A stretch of DNA of 64,000 nt. It comes from Trichosphaerium sp. ATCC 40318 (Eukaryota > Protista > Tubulinea). The notes under the pieces are model-generated. The model did no database searches and had not been told where the DNA came from. It saw nothing but the letters and a program-made list of their open reading frames with translations. A program made the position numbers and the translations under genes. The stretch spans positions 62,001-126,000 of the forward strand of contig JALMLS010000285.1 in NCBI GenBank assembly GCA_038496445.1, given 5' to 3'. Below, in pieces: positions 1-11,826 of the stretch (position 1 is its first letter; each line of letters starts with the position of its first letter).

Positions 1-835
1 AATGTCTCAACATATCCATTACGTTTAATACGACGTATTGCGTTGTTCCAAGCGTCGACTACAATGAGATGACCGTCAGGATCAAGCGTTATAGCTCTTG
101 GAAAGTTAAACCTGGCGTCTCTACCTGTAAAAAAGAAATTATAAGCGAATACGCAACAAGCACAACGAGAGACAGTAGTATTAGTAGTAAACATTAAAAA
201 AAAACGTTCAAAATTTTTTTTGATCCAAAAACACAAAATAACCGTTGTCATACTGTCTTTGCTCTTACGGTTTTTTTTAATTGCGTACCATAACCTTCTT
301 CGTAGCCTTTTACTGAACCAGCGACAGTTGTTGTATAACCGTCTTTAGATATCATACGAACTCTGTGGTTAAATGAATCTGTAAAGAAAACATTTCCGTA
401 TGCGTCTGTACAAATCCCACGTGGGTGGCGACAAATCGATTTATCATGTTTACCATCGCGAAAACCCCATTCGGCCGGTCTACCAGAAAGAGTTGTGACT
501 TTTTTTGTGCCAATACTTAATTGACGTATTGTATGGCTATCCCAGTCGGTAAATACGAGCTAAAGTCGTGTTACGGCGTAAAAAGGAAATAAACAGAGGG
601 TTTTGGGGTTTTTTCGTTAGGCTTTGAACCAAAAAACTTTTGCGTACACTACCGGCTGCGTCGAAGTCCATGGAGGACACTTTGCAGACTTTTGAAAATG
701 TGTTATGTTTGCCATCTTCTTCGTATTCAAGATTAGCTTGCTCCGCTATAATCTACACATCGTGGTAAGTTCGTGGTAGGTTACTATGTTCTAGACCTGG
801 ATTGCTTCTGAATCTACGTTGTGAAGTTCTTGCAT
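1..835 (-). CDS. NHL-repeat (beta-propeller) protein, 5' part; continues beyond window start
   Basis: Spliced minus-strand translation gives repeated NHL blades: CRHPRGICTDAYGNVFFTDSFNHRVRMI, ARFNFPRAITLDPDGHLIVVDAWNNAIRRI, LVFTDWDSHTIRQL. Probable ATG at 835. Confidence 0.8.
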
Positions 836-1373
836 GGCCTACACTATCAACAAACGCCTATGAAACGATATTCGCGTCAAACACTCCAATGCTTCTTACA
901 ATAACATTCACCACTTGGTATAAACGTATAAAGGCAAGCTACGCTGTTGTCTACTCTATCGCTAATCAACTAACGTTCTAGGCGATTTTACGGATTTGGT
1001 CGCCAACAGTCAATTTGTACTAAGCCGAAAAAGTCTGTTTGGTCTCATCAAAAGGGAACAAATACATTCTACTAATCAAAAATGGCAGCTGAGGGTGCGT
1101 AACTCGAAACTGGCAGATGCCATGTGACACTTCAAGCCAAACTAATTTACTACCAACAGGCGATTCTAAGATGAAGGCCGCATACGATAAAATTCAAACT
1201 GTAGACGACAAAAACAAGCAGTTTATTTTATACATGCATTTACTAAACAAAACCGAAGTATCCTCTCTCACTGACGGCGATTACGCGCACTACTGTACGC
1301 CCTTTTAATAAAAACTGACGCTTCGCTTTATTTTAAAGCACAATGTCTGTGTTGACGATGTACAGTGAGAATC

Positions 1374-2177
1374 ATGAAAGACTTCAGCACAGAGATAGGA
1401 ACGCTCGCTAAGACTCTACTGGATAGACTTGATGAAGTTGGAGACAAGGTACACTTATGGTACTACCAAATACCCTCTAATCACGCTATAGGCTGGTGGT
1501 AAATATAAAGAAGTAGCTGGAGGCATAAAAAAACAATTTATTGACGTAATTCCAGTCCCTGAGGCTGCAGCACCTCCGCCAGTGCGTGGTCTCGTTTATC
1601 ACGTGCTTTGTACATCTTATTGATTTCCTTTTAGCCACCACCTCCAAGTGCTGGGGCTCCTCCACCGCCACCACCACCTGCACCAGCTGCACCTCGCGCT
1701 CCTCCAGCTCCAAGAGGTCCCGGAGCAGGAGCACGTGTAAGTTAATTCTCGTTCACTAAACCTGATTTCTATGTAGCGCCCACCAGCTGCTGGACGTGGC
1801 GGTCTCCTGGATGCTATTCGTGGAGGTACACTAGAACTCTTTATTTTGATGTCACCCATCTCACACTATAGGTGCCACCTTGCGTAAGGCACCATCGCCA
1901 CAAAGTAGACCAGCAGCGAAAAAACCAGTAAGAAATGATCCACACTCACAAATGATGGCTGCTCTTGCGGGTGGTGTACGTCCTTTGTTATCTATTCACT
2001 TTACTAGCAACTAATAAAACAACAGATAAAGCTAAGGAAACGTGGGCCAGTGACAAGAAACGAACCCAAAAAAGAAGAAAATAAAGTACGTTTGTGGCGT
2101 AAACACGTGACTGACTTCAATTGTAGAACGTATTCTCGTTCCAGTTGCGCAAAACAGGCTCAAGTCTACGCAAATAA
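1374..2177 (+). CDS. Proline-rich multi-WH2 actin-binding protein (WIP/verprolin-like)
   Basis: Spliced exons encode a poly-Pro tract followed by WH2-like motifs GRGGLLDAIRGGATLRKA, PHSQMMAALAGGIKLRKR and VFSFQLRKT; TAA at 2175-2177. Confidence 0.75.
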
Positions 2178-2545
2178 ATACCTGAGTAATTTCTTTAGTC
2201 AGTCTTCAACAGTATTCGTGTAGTTAACAACATTACAATAAACAACAGTATTCTGCCCACACCACGCCGCTAGTGCCATAGGTAGTTTCTGATCGGCGTT
2301 ATTTGCTAAAGGCCCTGTTAAACGCAATTACGGTAAATATGAGGCGGAGACGTACGACTATACGCAAACACATACGTTCTAATGCTTGTCATGAAGATCT
2401 ATGATTTGTTTCACAACAGAGCTTTACGTAACTGCACGTTATAATTTAACATCGCAATCGCGTTCATTGGTTACTAGTAAATCATACTCAAAGGGAAAGC
2501 ATGTACGTTTTAAAAAAAACCAGCACAACACAAACACTCATAGGC

Positions 2546-4307
2546 ATGCGACTGTACGCGTAAATTTGGCACGTACAACACATTGCAAAGGCCAAACACC
2601 GGGTACGTTGTGGTTTTTTTATACAAATTTGACACTAGCAGCAGAGCTCGTTACAAGTCCATGTCTCTCGTATCTAGACCAACTGCTACTACGAGGTGCT
2701 CTAATAGACAGTACTGGATGCCACTCATGGACCAGCGCAACGTGTACTTTGACACATTGCACGTTTATAAATGTCTGAAACAAAATGTAGTATAGATTCA
2801 GTTGGCAAACAACTGCTTGTCAAAGAACTCGATGAGTGGTACGAAATTACAAATTTGGATACAATAAAAGAAGGCGGACAGAGTGTACTGAAACAATACA
2901 ATGAATCCCTTGCTGCGTGTTTGTCACGTGTTTATCCAGACCACGAGTATGTAAAACAATATTTTTATTAATTGTACTTATGCATGTCTAGGTGGGTTTA
3001 TCGGAAGTTTGCGTATGTGACATGTCTTGAAAAGACCAAGTATATATCGACATTATGTACTGAGTCTAATAAAGGTCATCACCAAGATGCTATTATAATG
3101 ACAAGGACAACCAACGCGATTTGTTGAATTATATTGCAAAAAAAGCAAATATAAAAGTATTAGACGAATGGTATCACATGCAGAAAAAAGATGTATATAA
3201 ATACTCCATAGGTGGAGTACTTAGGTAATATCTCAATACAGTATTTTACCAACGTAATTCGCATATAGACGTCATTACAATGATTCATTATCGAAATGTT
3301 TGAACACATTGTATAAACACAATTGGGAAAAATGGCACTTCCAGTTACGCTTTTGCATGGGCGTTGTATAGCTTCTATACTAATTACTCTATTCAGAAGA
3401 GCACCTAGGAACTACTGGCAAAATCCAAAGAATCAGATGCGTTTCATTAGAAAGCTACAAAAAAAATATAAAATACAGTCAGCTGAAGCATGGTACCTAC
3501 CGTGTATGTCATGTAGTTTCTTACAAAAGAAATTCCTAAGGTATCGATTTTCCATGGCTAAAATGGAGAGTGAGCACGGTAAAGGAATGCTCAGGTATTG
3601 GCCTCAAGCACTGCAACTTGTTGATCCTGTATTCCCATGGGATTGGTCAAAGTTCAAAGTCTCCAAGAAATTCAAACAGAGGCACAAACTACACTAGTTT
3701 TGTCTCTCTGCTCATTTGTTTTATTGTAGAGTACTTTGGAGCTGTATAAAGAAAATATTTCCTACATTAAAAGTAGTCGAAGAACACTTAGTTGGGTCGA
3801 AGGGAGACTCTAATGAGATTATTAGTCTTGATATTTATATTCCTGATATTGACCTAGCTTTTGAGTACCAAGGTATCAAACACTACTGTATACGCATTGA
3901 ATAACAAAATCAAAGGTGAACAACATTACACGGATGGTATTTTCTATGTTGAGCACTTGTCAACTACTCAAAAATCACGTGACGTTGTCAAAATGCAACA
4001 ATGCACCGATGCGGGTACGTTAACTATTTATTGAAATGGCATCACTTTAATTAAGATTATAGGTATAACACTGATTGCTGTGCCTTATTGGTGGAAGCAA
4101 GGAGATATTGGCTCACTTTTGGCTACTATAAACTATGTTAGGCGAGATCTTCGCCTTCGTGTACCACGTGGAAGTAAACCCTTTTCTCAAAGCAGTGGCA
4201 TTGCAGGTACAAGTTTAAAGCACGCTAAATGTATGTCTAACTACTGTTTAGATTCGCGTTTAATGGGTGCACAACCGACAAATCCACTAAATTCCGTGGC
4301 TTTTTAG
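2546..4307 (+). CDS. Trp-rich tandem-repeat protein (3 repeats) with C-terminal Vsr/DUF559/RAP-type PD-(D/E)XK nuclease domain (paralog A)
   Basis: Hand-spliced: MRLPNTGSRARYKSMSLVSRPT...YW..DQRNVIDSVGKQLLVKELDEWY..GGQSVLKQYNESLAACLSRVYPDHEW..(3 repeats)..LDIYIPDIDLAFEYQGEQHY..RDVVKMQQC..GITLIAVPYWW. All junctions GT-AG except one GC-AG. Confidence 0.85.
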
Positions 4308-4369
4308 TACAAAAATAAAACTTGCCATTAACTTGTTGTTTTTACGGCAATATAGTTAGTAAACCACTC

Positions 4370-5346
4370 ATGAACAACTTTCTTAACATAAGCGGTGTTT
4401 TATACACCGTTAGCGCCTATTTTAAACGACCACAGTGTTTTATTCCACACAAACGCGTTGTTGGTACCCAAATTTTAGTATGAGTATCCTTACACTACTT
4501 TAGACGTGACACGCATAGATTATGTCAAGCTGAAATCACAGGGTATTCGTGCTGTCGTATTTGACAAAGGTACGCCGTAAAACGCGTGTAATACAGCTAA
4601 TTCGTGCAGACAATACACTAACCGCGCCTCACGCTGACAATTATTATCCTGGCATAGAAGTAAGGGTTTAATAATGCTCAAATGAACACAATTTACCTAG
4701 GATTCGATGCGTGACTGTATCAATGAAGGTATTACATCTTACCATCCTAGATAGTATTAATCACCCATTGTAGGTCCTGAATGCGCAATATTTAGTAACA
4801 CTGCTGGCAGCGCTGGTAATTTGAGTAATTTGACACTCTTCTGACATTTACATCAGCTGACACTGAGTTTAAAAACGCGCGTGACATTGAAAGGATACTA
4901 GGCATGCCAGTGATACACCACAAGCACCAGGTAAATGTGAATATTAATTAGTATTTGGCTTTTCTTTTATTCTTGCATTCCTCGCTCACTGTTAACTTAA
5001 AAGAAACCTGCTGGCTTTGATGATGTTATGTCACACTTCCCTGGTATGAATCCAAGTGATATAGCAATAATAGGAGATCGTTACTGTACAGATGTGCTGT
5101 TTGGAAACCTAAACGGATTTTTTACAATAAAGACTGAACCTCTCACCACAAAGGGTGAAAATTTTGCAATCAAAATGGTATGTTAATAAGCGTATATATG
5201 TGCTTTTAGTACAAATCCCAACGCTAACTTATTTGTCAAACAAGGTTCGTAATTTGGAATCTTTTGTTGTTGGTAGTCTGGAAAAAAAGTATTGTCCGCC
5301 AGATGTTGATAAGTTCTCTGCAATAGTTGATGCTGCTGAAGTGTAA
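4370..5346 (+). CDS. GEP4: Phosphatidylglycerophosphate phosphatase, HAD IIIA (GEP4/PGPP1 family)
   Basis: Motifs GIRAVVFDKDNTLTAP, FSNTAGS, KKP, IAIIGDRYCTDVLFGNLNG across spliced exons. Confidence 0.85.
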
Positions 5347-5548
5347 AAATTGTAACGACTCTAAATAATACAAAACAGGAACAATTAACAGAACATACAA
5401 CGAACAATCCTTTAGTTTTTTAAATTACGCTCTAGCCCTTTGCAAGCTTTTAAAAGAAAACCTAAGGCGGCCAAATCTAGACTTAACTTACCATTTCCAG
5501 CATAAAAAGGAACGCCAGGTAGCGCATCGTATATTGAGGTTGTGTACC

Positions 5549-7823
5549 ATGCAAATTTCAGCAGTAAGTAAATTCCTATCACATTTCATTCCTTTCTATC
5601 TATTTGTGCTAAAACAACTACTAACGAATGTATTAGAAGCTCTGTTTATGCTTATTGGGCCTTTTGGCTATCGTTTTATCCGACGAAGTTATCGGAAAAC
5701 ACTACGGTACGTCTCTCAATACGTAGTTGCACTACTTGATAACCAATTCCACTGCTTAATTTTTCGATCCTAGTCGATGGCAAAGAAACGCCGTTAGAAC
5801 AGTTCGGTATTAAAGATTTACCAGAAAAGAGCGCTACGGAATTCGATGTTTTTGACATTGGTGACTCATACGAAAGTGTTCCTCCTAAAAGGCTAAATGA
5901 CCCTAAACGGCCTCTTGATGACGAAGAAATGCCTCTTGATGATGAAGAAGCTGAACTTGAGGCAGAACTTGAAGCTGAACTTGCAGCTGAAGAAGCTGAG
6001 GAAGCTGATGTGCCATTTGATGAAGATATGCCTCTCGATGAAGAAGAGTTTCCACTGGACGACGAGGAAATGCCTCTTGATGAAGAAGAGTTTCCAGTAG
6101 AAGATGAAGACATGCCTTTTGATGACGAGGAAATGCCTCTCGATGAAGAAGAAGCTGAACTTGAGGCAGAACTCGAAGCTGAACTTGCAGCTGAAGAATC
6201 CGAGAAAGCTGATGAGGAAATGCCTCTTGATGAAGAAGAGTTCCCACTAGAAAACGAAGATATGCCGCTTGATGACGAAGAAATGCCTTTTGATGAAGAT
6301 ATGCCTCTTGATGAAGAAATGCCTCTCGAAGAAGAAGAAGTGGCTTTCGACGAAGATATGCCCCTAGATGAAGAAGAGGTTCCACTGGAAAATGAAGAGA
6401 TGCCTCTTGATGATGAGGAAATGCCCCTTGATGAAGAAGAAGCTGAACTTGAGGCAGAACTCGAAGCTGAACTTGCAGCTGAAGAATCCGACGAAGCTGA
6501 TATGCCATTTGATGACGACGATATCATAACACAACCGTACATAACTACATTACCGCATGTGCCTCGTGATGAAGAAGAAGCTGAACTTGAAGGCGAAGAA
6601 TCTGAATTTGAGGAACTTGATGAAATGCCAGAAGATGAAGAAGGCGTAACTTACAATGAAATGCCTCTTGATGAAGAAGATATGCCATTCGATGAAGATA
6701 TGCCTTACGACGAAAAAGAGATGCCATTCGAAGAAGACATGCCTCTAGATGAGGAAGAGATGCCATTCGACGAAGATATAGATGACGAAGAGTTTCCACT
6801 TGAAAATGAAGAGATGCCACTAGATGAAGATATACCTCTTGATGACGGAGAGATGCCGTTCGACGAAGACATGCCTCTAGACGAAGAGGAGATGCCATTC
6901 GACGAAGATATGCCTCTTGATGAAGAGGAGATGCCATTTGATGAAGACATGCCTCTTGATGACGAAGAAATGCCTTTTGATGAAGATATGCCTCTTGAAG
7001 AAGAAGAGGAGTTCCCAGTGGAAGATGAAGAAGGTATTACATACAATGAAACACCTCTTGATGAAGGAGATATGCCATTCGATGAAGATATGCCTTATGA
7101 CGAAAAAGAGATGCCATTCGAAGAAGATATGCCTCTATGATGAGGAAGAGATGCCATTCGAAGAAGACACGCCTCTTGATGAAGAAGAAGATATGCCATT
7201 AGATGAAGACATGCCTCTTGATGACGGAGCTGAGGAAGTTTCAGACGATGATTTGGAAAAGGTTGATGAAATGCCTGATATGTTCGGTGAAAAGGATGAA
7301 ACAAACGAAGATAAAAAATCTGGGGATTTAGTGGATGCAGAACACAAAAACAAAGAAGTTTCAGATAAGCATATCCATGGCGTTAAACCTGAAGAAGAAA
7401 CCACTCCCGAGGAAGATACAAAAACTGAGGAAGAGGAGTCGAAACCAGAGGAAGAATCTAAACCAGAAGAGACCAAGCCTGAGGAGACTCTACCTGAAGA
7501 GCCTAAACCGGATTTAACGGCAACAACTAAGGAGATTAAAGATACTAACAAATCAAAACCTCTAGTAGATGATCAATCTTCAAGTACGATTTTTTTTTTA
7601 CCACATGCTTATTATGTTGCAATATTACTCACAATTAAACTTAGGCAAGCGAGGTGGTGGAAACACTTGGTGGATCGCTTTTGTTGTTGTAGGAGTAGCT
7701 GTTACAATTGTACTTGTTCTTGCTATTATCTCTCTTGCGAGGAAGAGACGTGGTGCCACACACTCAAATTACCAAAGATTTGACGACTCTGAAATGCCTG
7801 GATACAGTCCACCTTCGTTGTAA
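5549..7823 (+). CDS. Type I membrane protein with very acidic MP(L/F)DEE repeat ectodomain; 1-nt frameshift at ~7138
   Basis: Signal peptide MQISAKLCLCLLGLLAIVLS; about 400 aa of D/E-rich repeats; EEKP-rich stalk; TM WWIAFVVVGVAVTIVLVLAIISLA; tail RKRR..NYQRF. An extra T at 7138 relative to the paralogous repeat at 6741-6760 breaks the frame. Confidence 0.8.
5911..7225 (+). repeat. Coding minisatellite array (ATGCCT/CCA-CTT/TTT-GATGAAGAA units with higher-order duplications)
   Basis: Dozens of 18-21 nt units; the EAELEAELEAELAAEE block occurs 3 times and the EG(V/I)TYNE..MPYDEKEMPFEEDMPL block twice. Confidence 0.95.
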
Positions 7824-7978
7824 ATCAACAAAGAATACATAACAATAAAACACAACATTTTCACAACGGAATTCTCCTTTGAAAACTCAGTTAGTGTCAC
7901 TAAGAATTGTGTAACTGGTAGCCAGTGAAGTGCTGTATAGGCTACATTTCGAATTGGCGAAGAATACAGAGAAAAAGA

Positions 7979-8104
7979 TTGAGGTTGGAGCAGAGCGATA
8001 AGTTATTACTGATTCAACTAGTCTTGTACTATGTTTGCGTTTTGAGGTTGGAGCAGAGCGATAAGTTATTACTGATTCAACTAGTCTTGACTTATGTTTG
8101 CGTT
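7979..8104. repeat. Two-copy 63-bp direct tandem repeat in intergenic DNA
   Basis: TTGAGGTTGGAGCAGAGCGATAAGTTATTACTGATTCAACTAGTCTTG is present at 7979 and 8042, each copy followed by a near-identical ..TATGTTTGCGTTTT. Confidence 0.95.
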
Positions 8105-8168
8105 TTTTGGCCTGAAATACCCAAAGAGACTTAAAAGTGTTGTCAGACAATAATTTGGTGCTGTTCTG

Positions 8169-10094
8169 ATGAACAACTACAGCCTTCTTATAAGCTTGAT
8201 ACTATTACAGTTCGTCATTGTTCAAATCGTTTCACGTGCGTTTTACTTGGCCTCCAAAGTTTTTTTAAAATGATTTCCGTTTAGAGGTTTCAACGTCGTG
8301 GAATGTTGATACTACCCGTGTCACTTTTACTCAGTCAGGTACTGTCGCTTCAGTAACGGTACAATCTTTTGTCACCTTAAAATCATCTTAAACTCTTCAT
8401 TAGTTTGATTGGTGGCTTCACAACGATACAACGTATGGAAAGAAGTGGGGAAATGATAGTTTGTTAACGATTGATCTAAATGATCCTCTACTGCGCGCTG
8501 CCGCAAAGGTACCGCTGTACATGCAACCTTTGCTGTGTTTACTCCAAAACAGGGTTTAAACGGACCATTTTTGAGGCTTGGAGGCACTCCTGAAGATGAG
8601 ATAATCTACAACATTGATGGCGCTTGCGCAAAAGTCAAAAGTTTTTATGGTTGCTTGACTATTGAGAGATGGACAGAGCTAAACCAATTCTCTATTGATG
8701 TGGGCACGTGGGTTTTTAATCAAGAAATGCCCAATTGATGCGAAAAAGGACAAGATTTTTCGTTCTAACTTTCTCGCTAGGTTTCAAGTTAATATTGGGA
8801 CTGAATGCTCGCTTTGGTCGTACAAGTAAAGATTCGCATATGGATTTCTCAAATATTGAAGCACTGTTTAAAGTTACAACGGCGTCAGGGTAAAAAACTT
8901 GTTTTCTTTTTTTTCTTTTTTTTTGACTATTTGGAAGGTTTCCATCCTCGAATTTATGGGGATTCGAGTTAGGCAATGAGCTTTATGATCGCGTTGATTA
9001 TAGTGTCCTTGCTGCTGACTATATCACACTTGCCGCTCTTATTGAAAAGTACTGGCCAAACGAAGAAAATAGACCAAAGTTCTTAGGTACTGTTTTCAGC
9101 ACGTGATTGTTTAATACTGATGTGTTCGTACTAGGACCTGATTATTATCATCATTCAGGAATCAACCAATTTCTTGAAAGTCCAGCCCAGCCTGGTAAGG
9201 TAATGCATGGAGTAACATACCACGAATATCCAAACTGTTTACCAACATTGGGTGACTACGTTCTCGATCCTGAATGCCTTGATGGGTACTCAATAGTAAA
9301 CAATAAGTGTGTACTCATTAATTTTGGCTGTAGCATGAAAGGTGCTCCTGATTTGATAAACCCAGTACGTGCTAAATACGCACCTAACGCTGAATTATGG
9401 CATGGAGAAGGTGCTGAGCACTCTGGAGGTGGAATAGAAAATGTAACAGACACATTCATTAGCAGTATCTATTATGCTGATTGTCTGGGTTTATTGGGTA
9501 TATTAATCTCAAACCATACGTCATACCATTAATTTAATCAAATCTCAGGGACGCTTAATGTATCTGTAATGCTCAGACAGACGCTTGCCGGTGGTGACTA
9601 TGGCTTACTCGCAACACAAGGGTTTTCGCCACAACCAGATTATTGGATAGGTATTTTTTGCTAGGTTTGTTTTTTGATTCTTTGCTAAAGAATGCGTAGC
9701 TTGGATTTGGAATAAGATTGTTGGCAACAAGGTTCTAGCGACCAAACAACTTGAGGACCATCCTGGAGTTAGGTTATATGCGCACTGTGGAAAGGAACCA
9801 AACACTGTTGTTATTATTGCACTTGACATTAGCAACCATGATGATGTTGATGTTACCCTACAATTGACAGGAGCTCAAAGAACAAGTCACATGAGGGATG
9901 AGTACCACATTACAGCGCAAAACGGAGACTTTAGAGCAAGAAAAGTTAACCTCAACGGAGAACTACTTGAAATGTCTGGCTACAACTTACCTGCTTTGAA
10001 CCCAAAAACAGTATCGTCCTCAAGTACTTTGCATCTCACCAAAGGATCTATTGCCTTCGTAGAGTACCACACCGTAACAACAGCTTGCTCATAA
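8169..10094 (+). CDS. Glycoside hydrolase family 79 (heparanase-like / beta-glucuronidase), secreted
   Basis: Signal peptide; TFDWW, FLRLGGTPED, LIFGLNA, WGFELGNE (acid/base), LWHGEG (nucleophile), RQTLAGGDYGLL, PQPDYW, LYAHC. Confidence 0.9.
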
Positions 10095-10387
10095 TACAAG
10101 CGCCTTCACATTCCAACTAGACTTTATTTCATAATTTCAAGTACATGTTGTTCAAAGTCTACCCGGAGGCGGGCGGTTAGCGACTGTAGCCTACTGACCG
10201 TAAAAGTTTTTTGTAGCTGGCTATAACCAAGAGAGGACTACGACCACCTCTAAGTCTACAAGACAGAGAAAACAAAATCTGTTAAGTTTTTTTGTTTTTG
10301 CTTAACTGCGTAACACGTGTTATCTCGTAATAACTACGGAAAAGCGGTGAATACTACTTGCTTCCCTAAACACTTTCTCAGTACCCA

Positions 10388-11647
10388 ATGACAACCGAGA
10401 GCCCAACCATTCGCGCCTTTAAAGATATTGCTGCTGGCACAGCAGGTGGTATCAGTGTTACGCTTGTAGGCCATCCTTTTGATACTCTAAAAGGTACGCA
10501 AGCGAAATAGCATTGTTTCGACCTTATTATTTTAGTTCGCCTACAAACACAACCAATCAAAGCTCCAATCTACTCAGGTAACTATTTAGTGAAATAAAAC
10601 GCGTAGTAACTCAGTTTCAGGAACGTTAGATTGTGTTGCAAAAACTTATAAATGGGAAGGTTTAAAAGGGTTTTACAAGGTATGCCTGCGTTTACACAAC
10701 CTTATTTTATGCTACGCTAGCCTTTTTGTAACATTGGGAACAGAAAGACAATCGTATTGTCACAAAGTGCCTTTTTTCTTTGTACGGAGGTCTAATCACT
10801 TTCTAAGGGCGTTGGATCACCTTTAGCTGGACAAATGGCTTTCCGTGCTGTGTTATTCTCTGCATACGGTCAATCAAAAGCCATGCTCACTAACAATGGC
10901 GAAACAGAACTCACGCTATTCAAAGGCTTCGTCGCAGGTAAAATACAACTTGTTTTACAATCGTATCATCTGACATTTTATGATTTGCAGGTGCTATGAC
11001 TGGTGTTGCAGCAGCTTTCGCTGAGTCACCAATTGACTTATTCAAAAGTCAAGTACAAATACAAATTTTAAAGTCTAAACAAGACGGCACAAAGCCAAGG
11101 TTTGGTGGTGTATTTGAGTGCGCAAAGCACATTGTAAAAACAAAAGGTGTTGTAGGAGCTTACCAGGTATGTCAAACATATGATTTCATCTCGATGACAC
11201 TTACATTTTAACAAGGGTTTTGGCGCTTCATTGATCCGTAATATTCCAGCAAACGGTTTCTTTTTTGGTGTCTACGCTTTGACACGGAATGCTGCTGAAA
11301 GGCGTTTAAATGAAGGAGAGTCATTAAGCGTTGCTACACAATTGTTCTGTGGAGGAATTGCAGGTAAGAAAATTCCCTATCATTAGTTTCGCTGCTAATC
11401 AGTCATTACAGGTTTCGCTTATTGGGCAGCTACATATCCTACAGATGTTGTCAAGTCAAGCATGCAAGCTGATAGTATAGATAAATCTAAACGCCGGTTT
11501 AAAGGAGTAATAGACTGCTTCCAGCAACTTTACAAAGAAGGTGGACCTAAGCGATTCTACAAGGGATTTACTCCCTGCATTATGAGATCTGTCCCAGCTA
11601 ATGCAGCGATGTTCGCTACCTACGAGTTTGTTCGCTCGTTAATGTAA
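10388..11647 (+). CDS. Mitochondrial carrier (SLC25; carnitine/basic amino acid carrier-like)
   Basis: Three carrier repeats with PFDTLKVRLQ, PIDLFKSQVQ and PTDVVKSSMQ signatures; FYKG..P.IMRSVPANA. Confidence 0.92.
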
Positions 11648-11826
11648 ATACAATTTTTCAATGTTATTGTTATTCATTGCCTGGTGGTAACTAGTAAATT
11701 GCAAAATGTGACACATTGTCGTTAAAAAGCCAACAAATTGAAGTCAACGCTGTTCAGCGCCAACCAACTTTGACACCTGGTACAATTACGTAAATGATCT
11801 CTCATATGCGCGAATAGCCTTTGAGA

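Noticed and set aside
1486-1859. Minus-strand ORFs over the WH2 gene
   Set aside because: Antisense to the poly-Pro/WH2 exons, which have the coherent splice structure.
5676-7551. Long Ser-rich and His/Gln/Leu-rich ORFs on the minus strand
   Set aside because: They are antisense shadows of the GAA/GAT-rich acidic repeat gene; the plus strand carries the signal peptide, TM helix and splice sites.
7979-8104. Possible CRISPR-like array
   Set aside because: Only two units, the intervening sequence is also duplicated (no unique spacers), and the context is eukaryotic with no cas genes.
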